Both the position numbers and the translations under genes were made by a program. A stretch of 64,000 nucleotides of DNA from Ranitomeya imitator (taxonomy: Eukaryota): contig NC_091283.1 in the NCBI RefSeq assembly GCF_032444005.1, positions 45,136,001 through 45,200,000 on the forward strand. Reading direction: 5' to 3'. Below are positions 11,001 through 21,805 of this stretch, in pieces; the first letter of the stretch is position 1; every line of letters begins with the position of its first letter. The notes below the pieces were generated by a model that worked only from the letters and a program-made list of their open reading frames with translations, was not told where the DNA came from and ran no database searches.

Positions 11001-14000
11001 GCCAAGACCACCATCTGTGCCCCATTTAATATATTTCCTGAAACTTCACCCAATTTACTTCTCTTTAGGACTGGTGTCTTAATATGTGTTGGCCTAATTC
11101 CTCACCGAGATCTCTGCTTGCTGTCAGTGAATGGGAGCAGCTCTGGTGCACTGCAATAAACCATGCAGCTGATGAATGCAAACAGTAATTCCTCACTTCG
11201 GTGACAGCAAGCACAGATCTTGAGAATGGTGAAGACTCATTTTTTCTCCTAATAATGTATCATTCCTCTTAGATTTCACTCCTTGATCTCATTCTCGGGC
11301 AGTGACACCACTTACTTTTGACTTGCCGATAGAAAGTCTATACATTTTGTCATTACCCTGGGAAATATTTAAGGCCGTGAAGGACTCTAGGGCCACCTGA
11401 CTTGCAGGGACTGTGCTGGGATTGATGGCCGACTTGCACTGGGATCTTCCGAGCTTGGTCTGTATTTCATTTGTGCTGTTTTCCAGTGTCTGACTCTCCT
11501 GTCTGGGTCGGGCTTGTGTTGCGCCGTTTTGGCCTCCACTGGCCACGTCTTCTGCCGCCCTGCTGATTCTGCATGTTATCAGTCCCGGAGGGTCTCTTTG
11601 CAGCTCCCCCCAGCCTCTTATGCCAGTCGTTTCTGGATGCCACTGGGGCATGGACATACTGGGGAGAGTTAGGGTCGCGGTGTGAGAGATCGTAGACGGG
11701 GAATTTTTCACGGGAGGATAAACGTTTGCCGTGTTTTGGATCTGGAAGCCTGAATTTGGACAGAGCTGAATGGTAAGTCTTGTGAAATCTGGAGCATGGG
11801 GAAACGAATACTGCGCGTGCATGGCCTGGTGTCCATTATCTGCTGCGGGAGACGCGTACCTATGATCTAGGCGGTTCGGGTGCCTGGCCAGGGGCTCTTT
11901 AAATTCGCCACTTAGTGTGTCGTCATTAAAGGACCCGGGTAAAAGAATATCCGGCTGCTCCTGCAGAGGTCGGATCTTTGCAGGATACAGGAGATGATCT
12001 GCTGAAGGATCGGAGTACCTGGCATAGGCCGGATCCATGGACACTTTGCTAGAAGAATTAATCACGGTGTAAGTATTTCTGGCAGCAAAGTCTTCGCTCC
12101 ACTTACTGCTATTTAAAGTCATTGTCTGGGGGACATGGTTGGCCTTGGTGTCTTGCAAGACAGCCATATTGGACGTGACCTTCTGCTGTAAAATCTCAGT
12201 CGCCAGGCATCTGATGAGCTCAACATCGGGCAGGACTGGCGGGCCGGGGACTGGATCTAGCACTCTGCTTGGCGGTAATGCAGGGTTTGCGGTGGGTACT
12301 TCCGGCTGCCTTGGCCACAGTCCGTGGTGGAGCTCGTAGTGTCTCCTCAATGACCTGAAATCACAGTAGCTCTTGTTGCAGCCGGGCTCCGTGCACACGA
12401 ACGGTTTCACCTTCAGATGCGTCAGCATGTGTCCCATCCTGGGGAGGAAAGAGGAGACACCGTGACTACGTTACATGACAGCACCCGGCACAAGCTGAGC
12501 AGTTCTCACTATAGAGACCAGGTCTGTATAGATATGGAGGACTATCCACTACGACAGAATGAAAAGGCAAGTGGCACCTAATGGACATAGCTGCTCCAAA
12601 TTTAGTGTCTGGCCCTTGCAACACAACCTTTTTTTGATGCCTGCCCCTTCTCAGGGTGGCACAGATTGGAGGGATGATCCCTGATCCTGTTGCGAGGCTC
12701 GTTAAGGGGTGGACCTAGACTTACCGCACCGCTACCTCCAATCGATGGCACTCTATTCTGCAGAATGCATATGAATTTTTGGCATTTGGGGTGAATTGGG
12801 ACGGCGGTGGGAAGTTTGCATGTGAATATACATCTGCTTTAGTGATTCGTCAGAAATAGATATATAGTGCGATTTTCTTCTAATCAAGTCATTCAAAACA
12901 TTAGACGTACTGGTGCATCCTATGCCTGGTGCAGGGTCAGGGGCTGAGCTCGCTCAGATGATGGCTGTGTTATACTGCCGGCACCTGCCTCCAAAAATTG
13001 GCGCAAGCTCCAACTGTAGCGGTTTACTCAATTACACACCGCTGTCAATTCGATAGCATTATTTACATGGTGCGATCACATCATGCGACTGTCCGGGCAC
13101 CTATTGGCCCCACTGTGAGGGGATTGCTGATGGGTTGCCATGGCAGTCGGGAGCCTACTGAAAAGCCCCCTATTGCCAAAAACTTTGTACAACCTGCATT
13201 GGGACTTCATAGGAAATCTACATTCATTTTCTAAACTGCAACATTATAGTGCAAATGGTCAAACGATCACAGGTTCAAGTCCCCCAGGGGGACAAAGAAA
13301 AATAAATAAAAAAAAACCAAAAGTTATACATATACAGTATATCTCCAACTACAATTTACCCAATTCAAAAGTAAAAGAAAAAAAACATATTAAGTGTTGT
13401 TGGGTCCATAAAAGTTTAATCTACGGAAATATACAACTAATTAATTCTTAAGGTAAAAACCACAGAGATATGTGGCTATGTTATTGGAAAAATAAAAATT
13501 ACAGCTCTTTGAAGAGAGGAACACAAAAAAAGAGCAAAAAAAAAAAAATTAGAATGTTGTGCCCAACGTTATGGATGAAGGGCGCATGCACTTGTCTCCA
13601 GCATTTTTAAGTCTTATGAGTGCGCAAAAAAAAAATTGGATGCCATACAGAAAATCCATTTGGCATCCAATTTTTACGGATAGTTTGCAATTAAGAAACT
13701 TTATTTGATCTTGTAACTTTTCTTAAATTCTGATGTAAAAAATTGGATGCAAAAAAACAAAACAAAACGGACATATAGGTAAAAACTGTGCGATTTTTCA
13801 GGAAGAAAGCATTTCATAGGCTTGTCTGTACGCGGCCTTGTGGGCAGCGAGACGACATCCTGTATTGCATTACTACATGGCCGGCGGTCCGGGTACATAC
13901 AGGTGGTCCTGTCTTTTGAAGGCTTTCATGCAGATCTTGCAGATGTGACTTCGCTCCTGGCTGTGGGTGACCGAGTGTTTGTTGAGGGAGCCGGTGCTGG

Positions 14001-15142
14001 AGAAGACCTTCCCGCACACCTTGCAGTTCAGCATGGTGGTCTGAACGCATTTCTCGGTGCAAGACTTGTTCAGTAGCGAACTGCTGCCCTCAGCGCCTCC
14101 GAGGTGGAGATCTGGAAGGGGCAAAATGAGAAATCTAATCAGCATAGGGCAATTCTGCAGCGATCCCTAATGAAGGGGGTTGGTCGGGATTTAGGAGCGC
14201 CCCCTCGGGGACCTGTCTATCTCAAGAACAGGGGTCCCATTTCCCTTACTCTGCTATTTATTGGATCTCTCGTTTACAGCCACCACCTCAGCAGGTAAGA
14301 CGGGCATTGGGAGGACCCCATTCTTGAGACAGGTGCAGTTCCCCGGAGGTGGGACTGATCTCCATCAGATATTGCTGAAATAAGCCCAACACTCGATGAC
14401 CACAAGTCACTTAGAAAATTAAAGGGGAAAAGACTGCAGTAGCTCTAAAGGCAAACAAACTGGGATTTAATTACTTTCCCGGGGTCTAGCGCCGAGGCTC
14501 CGCCGCTTCTTCAGTCTCAGTTGTTTGTCTGCAGTGCTAACGTCACTTCAACAGCGCTGCAGCCAATCAGTAGTTTATTCTGTCTATAATGCAGTGTACC
14601 CCCATGGTCTCCTGTGTTCCCAAATGAAGCCACCAAAAAAAAAAATAGAATGGTGGCGTGCATGCTCACCCTCCACCACATTCAGAAGGGGCTCTATAGA
14701 ACCCTCTTCTTGTTTTTTGGGGGACCTGCGTGCTAGGAATGCTGTCCCCTATGCCATCCATAGGTGTTATAATTCAACATTTTTTAAGTAGGGAAACACC
14801 CCAAAGATAAGGGAAATAGTAACATCATGTTGTCAATTTATTTCTATTTTTCCAGGAGTAACCAAGGGACAGCACAAGGCAACATCGATGTTTTAAGATT
14901 GTTCTAGGGGAATACAGGGATAGGTGACGGATCCTGATGAAAGACAAACCTGCGTCCCATTTATTGGTGACCGCCGATACCTCCTCCATCCTGCAGGGCA
15001 GAAGTATATCCCCCAACATGACGTCAGCGGAGCTTAGACCGTGGTCCGGAGGCTGGAAGAGCTCGCTGATGGGCTGGAACAACTCCCGGCAGAAGTCATC
15101 GGGCTGGAGGCCGAATCCATCGTTTAAGCTGAAATGGGTCAT
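4943..15142 (-). CDS. znf541: Zinc finger protein 541 (ELM2-SANT / C2H2 meiotic transcriptional co-repressor), spliced CDS, 3'-incomplete. Exons: 15142-14950, 14111-13901, 12438-11316, 9055-8912, 8823-8520, 8446-8389, 8311-8190, 7395-7292, 5459-5384, 5031-4943
   Basis: Manual splicing gives GT-AG introns with matching phases (1,2,0,0,1,2,1,0,1). The product has CKVCGKVFSSTGSLNKHSVTHSQERSHICKICMKAFKRQDHLMGHMLTHLKVKPFVCTEPGCNKSYCDFRSLRRHYELHH, then YTPPPMLSPIRQGTGLYF, ELM2 (PHINIGDRFQAAIP...LVWRP...LACSSAVPGGGCNLELALHCLH) and SANT (GSDHWSETEKRQFKNAY...KDF). Order and motifs match human ZNF541 as I recall it. Confidence 0.92.
5384..5459 (-). CDS. znf541: znf541 exon, ELM2-SANT linker (ETLEKLL...LVDYHYA)
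   Basis: ctttag|GAG acceptor and CAG|GTAAGA donor; DYHYAG family motif. Confidence 0.9.
5572..6150 (+). mobile_element. Truncated Tc1-like fragment in a znf541 intron
   Basis: TA|CAGACCAAAAGTTTGGACACACC terminus; remnants LWSDESKFEIFGS, PTVRHGGGGVM and FQQDNDPKH. Confidence 0.85.
6890..7222. repeat. ~29-31-bp minisatellite (CCCGTGCGGCTGATGGCACAGCTCCTGAG and a CCTTATCT variant) in a znf541 intron
   Basis: About 11 tandem units are visible; they explain ORFs 6688..7029 and 7007..7510 in part. Confidence 0.9.
7292..7395 (-). CDS. znf541: znf541 exon, ELM2 C-part (LVKLACSSAVPGGGCNLELALHCLHFSRGNVL)
   Basis: ccttag|TC acceptor and TTG|GTGAGT donor; PGGG-x-N-x-ELALHCLH family motif. Confidence 0.93.
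8190..8311 (-). CDS. znf541: znf541 exon, ELM2 domain N-part (HINIGDRFQAAIP...ADLVWRP)
   Basis: tttaag|T acceptor and A|GTAAGA donor; canonical ELM2 I-G-x-x-F-Q-A-x-I-P motif. Confidence 0.92.
8389..8446 (-). CDS. znf541: znf541 58-nt exon (DIDTDGVGLVIDATEFSVQP)
   Basis: ccgcag|AT acceptor and CC|GTAAGT donor; phases 1/2 join the neighbours exactly; resembles human DGSFGICVVKDDTKISIEP. Confidence 0.85.
8520..8823 (-). CDS. znf541: znf541 exon with the YTPPPMLSPIRQGTGLYF motif
   Basis: gtttag|GTG acceptor and G|GTGAGT donor; motif conserved in the ZNF541/TRERF1/ELMSAN1 family. Confidence 0.92.
8912..9055 (-). CDS. znf541: znf541 144-nt exon not in the ORF track (DNREGD...GRLVIPVSVPVTKKDDK)
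   Basis: AAG|GTGAGG donor; the LVIPVSVPV motif resembles the ZNF541/TRERF1 V-P-V-S-V-P-V segment; phase 0/0. The acceptor (ttttaaaag|) is weak, so the 5' boundary is less certain. Confidence 0.72.
9555..10559 (+). mobile_element. Internally deleted Tc1-like element with long TIRs, inserted at the end of a (TA)n run
   Basis: TA|CAGCTCTGGCAAAAATTAAGAGACCAC...GTGGTCTCTTAATTTTTGCCAGAGCTG|TA; inverted arms of roughly 300 bp; residual QQDNAPCH and SPDLNP transposase remnant. Confidence 0.9.
11316..12438 (-). CDS. znf541: znf541 large exon (end of finger 2, finger 3, low-complexity linker)
   Basis: ccccag|G acceptor completes the CTG codon; open for 374 codons; AAA|GTAAGT donor. Ends QGNDKMYRLSIGKSK, compared with human IQGGNIYRL. 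Confidence 0.92.
13901..14111 (-). CDS. znf541: znf541 exon, C2H2 finger 1 and most of finger 2
   Basis: ttccag|AT acceptor and CT|GTATGT donor; encodes CKVCGKVFSSTGSLNKHSVTH-SQERSHICKICMKAFKRQDHL. Confidence 0.93.
14950..15142 (-). CDS. znf541: znf541 first coding exon (MTHFSLNDGFG...KWDA)
   Basis: Acceptor tttttag| just before 15151, ATG at 15142, donor CAG|GTTTGT at 14950/14949 (phase 1). The N-terminus resembles human MDQYSLGD. Confidence 0.75.
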
Positions 15143-16202
15143 CTCGAAAACCTAAAAAAAAGAAGCAACGTGCAGAGTGTCACCTTGTTACCCCCTAACT
15201 GAAATCATTCCGTATAAAATAGCAATTCTGGAACGCCTATTGGTGGAACTGCACCTCTGTTATTCCTCCTGAGAATCAATTAATTAATTAGGCGTTTCCA
15301 TTCTCGGTTAGTGGAAACTCTGACACTGGCCAATCAGTCTTGACATTTTGGGGACATTCCCAGTTTACTATGGAAATCAGTAACGCCCATGTGTCAACTT
15401 AGTCATACATTTCCAGGAGGAATAACAGAGGATCGAAACAACTATTAATTAATACATAACTATTATTAATCAATAATTATTTATAAATATTTCTAGGGAA
15501 GCTGTCAGGTTACATCACCTAACGATTGTTTCACTCCATTAATTACCCCGCTATCAGTTTCTGCACATGCGCTGCATCTCTGTCCCTCCCATTGCATGCG
15601 CGGAGGATGACGGCCAGGCACCCTTTCGTCACTGCACATGCCCAGGAGACCAGGGTTTAGCCCGGACTGAGCAATATCGCTCCAATCACTCGGGGTCCCC
15701 GGATCTACGGGAATCTATTGGGGGGTCGGACCCTGGCGATCATACCTTTGCGATAGCCATTGCTAAAATGCTTATTGGTGAGACCGATGACACAGCACTT
15801 TATTTGTACTTTCTGAGCACTGATTGACAAAGGGGTGTGGCTTTACTGAAAGGGGTGTGCCTTATGCGCTACAAACCGGGGCAGATTCATCCAGTAAACC
15901 AGCTTAGAGCCGAGCAGAACTTGTGCAACTCTTGGCGCTTTTGTGACTGTGCCAACCGGCTACGACTATCTTTTTCCAAATGGGCGGAGATCTGCTCGAT
16001 CTGAGTGCGCCGACACATTCATAATTTGTGCGGTAAATTAGGATAGAAACGTACGGCAGACCCTGACGGGAGCTCATTTCTAGACTCGCAGAATTTAAGA
16101 CTGAGGGGCAAAAAATGCCAAAAAAAAAGGGGAAAACAGGTGTGCACCCTCTAAGAATGAATCAAGACTGGCGTTTTGCATTCCAGTTTTTACACCTATT
16201 AA

Positions 16203-16484
16203 AGGGGGTTGTGCAGTGAAGTTAGAACTTGTGGATCAGTGGTGGTCCGACTATTGGGGTCTGCACCGACCGTCAGAACGGGACAGCGGTGCACACGCTC
16301 GACCGCCGCTCCATCCGTTCTCTATGGGGTCGATGGAAAAAGCCGAGCGCAGCGCTCATCAGCCCCATAGAGAATGAATGGAGCAGCGAGCGAGTGTGCA
16401 CCGCTGTCCCATTCTGCAGATCACTACAAGTCCCAGCAGTCGGACCCCCATGGATCAGTAACATCTTTCCACTGGACATCCCCT
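16203..16484. mobile_element. T2/Kolobok-type MITE (TTAA target)
   Basis: TTAA|AGGGGGTTGTGC...GGACATCCCCT|TTAA with internal inverted repeats. Similar termini occur at ~1841-1854, ~8860 and ~18686. Confidence 0.6.
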
Positions 16485-16959
16485 TTAATGCATCTTGCAG
16501 CTACTCGTGCATTAGTCGTATCTTGTCCTCCGGCCTTAAAGCGGAACACGTTCATGTCACTAATTTTGCATAGATTATAGCGGATCTATTGGGGGTTGTG
16601 CTGGGCCACACCCACTTGTCCAAGTTTTTCTAGCTGGCGCATCACCAGACATTTCCACCCATTACTTTGTGGCGGTATTATACACATTAGACCACGCCCA
16701 CTTGTCAGACAACGCACAGGACGCGTGTGATGGTTTTTTTTTTTTTTTTTGGGGGGGGGGGGGTTGTGCTGCAAAACTGTCGCATTTCTCTTGATAAATC
16801 TCCCCCTGTGTATCTCAGGTCAAGAATGATGGAGGGGTCTCCTGTATACAACACAAGGGCCCTACTGGTTTTTTGTGCAATGATCATCCTCCCTTCCAGC
16901 TATTGCTCTACTTTGCTAAAGCAGAAAACACAACAAAACCGTAATGTCTAAGGCTCCAA

Positions 16960-17340
16960 GATGGCTGACACCGGCATCCACCGGGCTGCGCACCTCCTCC
17001 CTGACCGTGCAGCTCCCTGTACCGCGCCGCCCTGTCTGCTGCTCAGAGGAGCGAGATCTCCCGGCTAGAAACCATCCTTTTCCCTGATTGGATAGGACGA
17101 GTCACGTGACGCACAGTTCCCCAGAGCCGGGAAGGGGGGGAAAAAAAGGTAAATAACCGCACCTTTACACGTGACATTCCACCAATAGCAGTGTCGTTTA
17201 GAGTCACGTGGTCCGGGTAAAAAGTTAGTAAACTGGTTGTTGGGGAGGGAGGTAGATTACAACTACAAGAGCCAATGCTTAGCGCCACCTTTAGGTAGTT
17301 GGTGGAATTGCAACTTCGTTACCTCCTGGGGGCGGATTTC
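16960..17340 (-). promoter_or_regulatory. CpG-rich promoter-like region, probable proximal znf541 promoter or non-coding exon 1
   Basis: CACGTG at 17103, 17168 and 17205; CCAAT boxes at ~17088(-), ~17182 and ~17272; GC box GGGGGCGG at ~17329; YY1-like AAGATGGC at ~16958. It lies ~1.9 kb upstream of the ATG-bearing exon, which begins with an acceptor. Confidence 0.6.
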
Positions 17341-17492
17341 TTTCCTCTTTCACACTTCCGTCCTTCGTTTTCCGTCACGATGCGTCGTTTTGTGAAAAAA
17401 AACGGATCCAGCGAATGTTTCTGCAGGATCCGTTTTTTTTCTCATAAATAGGCCTCTTTCACACTTCCGTTGGCTACTTTCACACTTCCGTT

Positions 17493-17887
17493 GGCTACTT
17501 TCACACTAGCGTCGTACTCGGCCCGTCGCAGTGCGTCAGGCCGACGTACCAACGCATACTGTGGAAGCGCCGCACAACGGGGGCAGCGGATGCATTTTTC
17601 CAGCACATCCGCTGCCCCATTGTGAGTTGCGGGGAGGTGGGTGCGGAGTTCCGGACGCGCATGTGCGGTCGGAAATGGCGGACACGACGCTCAAAAAAAC
17701 GTTGCAAGCAACGTTTTTTTGTTTGGACGGTCCGCCACAACACGACGGCGGCGACGTGTGGCAATGCGTCGCTAATGTTAGTCTATGGGGAAAAAACGCA
17801 TCCTGCAGACAACTTTGCAGGATGCGTTTTTTTACCCAAAACGACGCATTGTGACGAATCCCAAACGACGCTAGTGTGAAAGTAGCC
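17493..17887. mobile_element. PIF/Harbinger-type MITE nested within a cluster of related MITE fragments (17340-18020)
   Basis: TIR GGCTACTTTCACACTAGCGTCG...CGACGCTAGTGTGAAAGTAGCC, preceded by a 21-bp tandem duplication of a related terminus (17472-17492). Confidence 0.75.
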
Positions 17888-18821
17888 TTTACAGATCCGT
17901 CGCAATGCGTAGCTTTGGGAAAAAAACGGATCCTGCAAATGTGCCTGCAGGATCTGTTTTTTTTTCGCCATAGACTTGTATTAGCGAGGGATCGCGACGG
18001 AGACTGGCGTGTGTAGGGCTGTGTGCACACATTCAGTATCTGGAACGGAAATTCTGCACCAAAAAATGCGTATATTGGCAGGAAAAAGCAGGGAAGAAAT
18101 AAGGAAGAATTAAGGAGCACGCGCGAGAGGTCAGAGAAAAAAAATGTGGCAAAAACGCACTGTGTGAACATGTGCTGATTCTAAGGCTACGTTCCAACCA
18201 CAAGATTTTCATGTTGCAAATTTTCCGCGCCCATTAAGTTACTTGCGTTTTTCACTGAGTTTTTTTAGTGAATTTTTTATGGTGTTTTTTGCCTCAGGCA
18301 AACGATGACTATTTTCTCTGTCAAAAACGCGGCGTCTTACAGCTCCAACAAAGGGGATGGGATTGATAGAGATCTCCTGGCGATTCACATTCGCAGCGTG
18401 TTCATTTCTATTTCACGTACACTGAGTTTTACTATGCAGATTTTTCCCATAGACTTGCATCAGATGCGGAAAAAATGCAAAAAAACAAAACAAAACGCGT
18501 TTAATCCACACGTGACTGTATCAATAAAGTTTTGTCGAAGACAAAAACCAGGAAGTATCAAAAGCAAAGCAGCTTTATTTAAAACACGACATAACAAAGA
18601 GACAAAAAAAAACAAAGCGTAGAAAATGTGATAAAACAGCGCAAGTAAACTGGTTTACATAATAGGTTCAGAAACGCAGTCATTTTTAAAGGGGTTGTCC
18701 GGTCCAAACCAATAAGTCTGCAGTCACTCTGTCACTGGCCGGGGGTATGTATACCTACCCTCCAGTCCCGGCTCAGAAACCAGCAGGCTATTGGCTCATA
18801 TTGGTTTTCTCTTAGGTTTAA

Positions 18822-19465
18822 GGTACCGTCACACTAGACGATATCGCTAGCGATCCGTGACGTTGCAGCGTCCTCGCTAGCGATATCGTCCAGTGTGACA
18901 GGCAGCAGCGATCAGGCCCCTGCTGTGCTGTCGCTGGTCGGGGAAGAAAGTCCAGAACTTTATTTCGTCGCTGGACTCCCCGTAGACATCGCTGAATCGG
19001 CGTGTGTGACACCGATCCAGCGATGTCTTCACTGGTAACCAGGGTAAACATCGGGTAACTAAGCCGTCTGTCCTCCAGCGCTGTGCTCTGCTCTCCTCCT
19101 GTACTGGCTGTGAGCGTCGGTCAGCCGGAAAGCAGAGCGGTGACGTCACCGCTCTGCTTTCCGGCCGCTGTGCTCACAGCCAGTACAGGAGGAGAGCAGA
19201 GAAGCAGAGCACAGCGCTGGAGGACAGACAGCGGAAGGTAAGTATGTACTGTTTGGTTTTTTTACTTTTAGGATGGTAACCAGGGTAAACATCGGGTTAC
19301 TAAGCGCGGCCCTGCGCTTAGTTACCCGATGTTTACCCTGGTTACCGGCATCGTTGGTCGCTGGAGAGCTGTCTGTGTGACAGCTCTCCAGCGACCAAAC
19401 AGCGACGCTGCAGCGATCCGGATCGTTGTCGGTATCGCTGCAGCGTCGCTTAATGTGAAGGGGCC
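18822..19465. mobile_element. Palindromic MITE (Harbinger- or T2-type); second copy at ~55670-56353 in the opposite orientation
   Basis: TTAA-flanked GGTACCGTCACAC...GTGAAGGGGCC with internal GGTAACCAGGGTAAACATCGGG inverted repeats shared with 55670-56353. Confidence 0.75.
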
Positions 19466-20375
19466 TTAAATGGCCGCAGTGTGAACGTGCACCTACACAT
19501 TGCCCTTATACCCACATACATTCCGGATTATTTTTTTTTGTTATGAAATTAAAGAGGTTGCTTGATCCCGTAACATACGTATCAGGCATTGGGGCCTGCC
19601 TGTCCAGATGACGTCCCAAATTTGCCAAAAAATAAAAGATACATTTGACACTAAAAGTCTGATTTAAACAAAAATGTATTTACTGATGACACATTCCCTT
19701 TAAGAGAGATCATCAATATCCTAGTACAGGTGGGGTTGCCCTCTTTCAATAATTTTTAGCTCACAGGCTCAGTCCCAGTCTCTATTGATTGGATACAATG
19801 GTGGCGTCAAGTTGACAGCGCTGCAGCCAATCGCTGTGCTCAGCATCTTGTTTCCTCTATACCGGGTGGGGCAGCCTAGTTAAGTGATTAGCAGCAGCGC
19901 TGTCTACATGATGTCATCGCTGCAGCTGATCAGCAAAAACCAAGGCAGCAGACGACCCCTTTGTTGCCCTTGCATCGCTGTGTATAGTATGTACATATAC
20001 AAGTCCATTTTTATGTAAAATCATAAGAGTGTAGAAATCCAAATATCAGAAGATAAAAGGGACAGCGCCAGGAGGAACTGCAGAGGCTCATGAAGGAATC
20101 ACATCGGCCCCATTCATCATGTGTGATTTATTAAAATCACTTTTTTTTGTTTTACATTATTCGCTGATTTCTTTTTTCCAAATTCCTCAAAATGGTGCAT
20201 GTGGTTCATAAATTTGGTGCAAAAGAATTTTAAAAAAATGTATTTTTTTTTCTTTAACCAGTTATTTCAACTTTAAAAAGCTGCGAAATTCGTCCAGGCG
20301 GGAAGAAGCAAATTACTCCAAAAAACTGGACAAACACCAATAATGAATCAGGGGGTATAGATGTTATTGGCATAC

Positions 20376-20445
20376 AAGAAACGCGTTTCTACCTCCACTA
20401 GGGGCCTTCATCAGGATCCAAGACCTTGGTTGAGGTGAAAACGCA
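20376..20445 (-). ncRNA. Degenerate minimal hammerhead-ribozyme-like motif (Penelope-like/retrozyme remnant)
   Basis: The minus strand reads C-CTGATGA-A-G(GCC CC TAGT GG A GGT)A-GAAA-C-GC-GTT. Stem II closure and stem I are imperfect. A more decayed mirror copy follows on the plus strand. Confidence 0.4.
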
Positions 20446-21805
20446 TTGTTCGTACCCCTACAGGATCTAGTGTGCTACATGTGCAGAGCTTACGGGCGTT
20501 TCCTGGTATTTCATTCGCGAGCCTCCACGGTTCCTCCTGGCACTGTCAATTCTGTCTTATGATTGGAAGTCTGGATCTCTAAAGGGTTTGCAACAAGTTA
20601 ATACATTATTCCCTCTCGATGGAATATTGATCGCTGGGGTCCGACTATTGAGACCCCGAGAAACCAGGCTGTACAAATGTAAATGACCCTGTAACCGACC
20701 ATTTCCTTACATAATGAATATACTTTTCTAGTTGTCCGCACCTCATTCTGCCGTCAGCGATTTTAACCTTCACACTGAAGGCCTCGTTCATGTCATCTTT
20801 TTACGGGTTACCTACAACTTGGACGCCCGCCAGGATGGTACATACAGTATATTCACTTGGCAGCCGTCAGGATAAACACGATCCGGCCTTAGGCGTCTTT
20901 ATATTAATGATCTTCTAACAATGGCCTCCACTGGTTTATTTGTGTACTGAGTCCTATCATATGTGTAGCCCGGGGGCGATATTATCAGGAGATACGGGCA
21001 AAGAAGCCGCCGCTTACAGCCTCCCGGAACATGTGAGAAACCGTTTCATTAGGATTACTGGAGATTGTAAGGGTATATGGGGCAGGAAAAAAACAAGAAA
21101 TGTTGTACTTCTATATCCTGGGGGGAAATTATATCATGTACACCAAGAGCACGGCTAATGCAATACAATACTAAATTACAGAGGTGCAATGCAGCATCGT
21201 CGTACAGGCCCAGGTTATAGCTCGTCCGGGCCCAGATTATAGCTCGTACGGGCCCAGGTTATAGCTCATACGGTCTCAAGTTATAGCTCGTCCCCAGGTC
21301 ATAGTTCGTAGGGGCCCAGGTTTTAGCTCGTACGGGCGCAGGTTATAGCTCCTCCAGGCCCAGGTTATAGCTCGTCTGGGCCCAGGTTATAGCTCGTCCG
21401 GGCCCAGGTTATAGCTCGTCCGGGCCCAGGTTATAGCTCGTAGGGGCCCAGGTTATAGCTCGTACGGACCCAGGTTATAGCTCGTCCGGGCCCAGATTAT
21501 AGCTCGTCCGGGCCCAGGTTATAGCTCGTCCGGGCCCAGATTATAGCTCGTACGGGCCCAGGTTATAGCTCATATGGTCTCAAGTTATAGCTCGTCCCCA
21601 GGTCATAGTTCGTAGGGGCCCAGGTTTTAGCTCGTACAGGCCCAGGTTTTAGCTCGTCCGGGCCCAGGTTATAGCTCCTCCAGGCCCAGATTTTAGCTCA
21701 TCCGGGCCCAGGTTTTAGCTCGTACGGGCGCAGGTTATAGCTCCTCCAGGCCCAGGTTATAGCTCGTCCGGGCCCAGGTTATAGCTTGTCCGGGCTCAGG
21801 TTATA

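Noticed and set aside
11185-11291. In-frame read-through past the stop after the large exon (EKMSLHHSQDLCLLSP) as a relic of the fourth zinc finger
   Set aside because: The similar-looking residues come from a common inverted repeat (AGATCTSTGCTTGCTGTCA at 11108-11126 and 11202-11220), and there is no CxxC.
17501-18171. 100-211-aa ORFs over MITE clusters (also at 24367-24778, 50135-50669 and 27574-28082)
   Set aside because: They overlie palindromic non-autonomous elements, with no transposase or other recognisable motifs.
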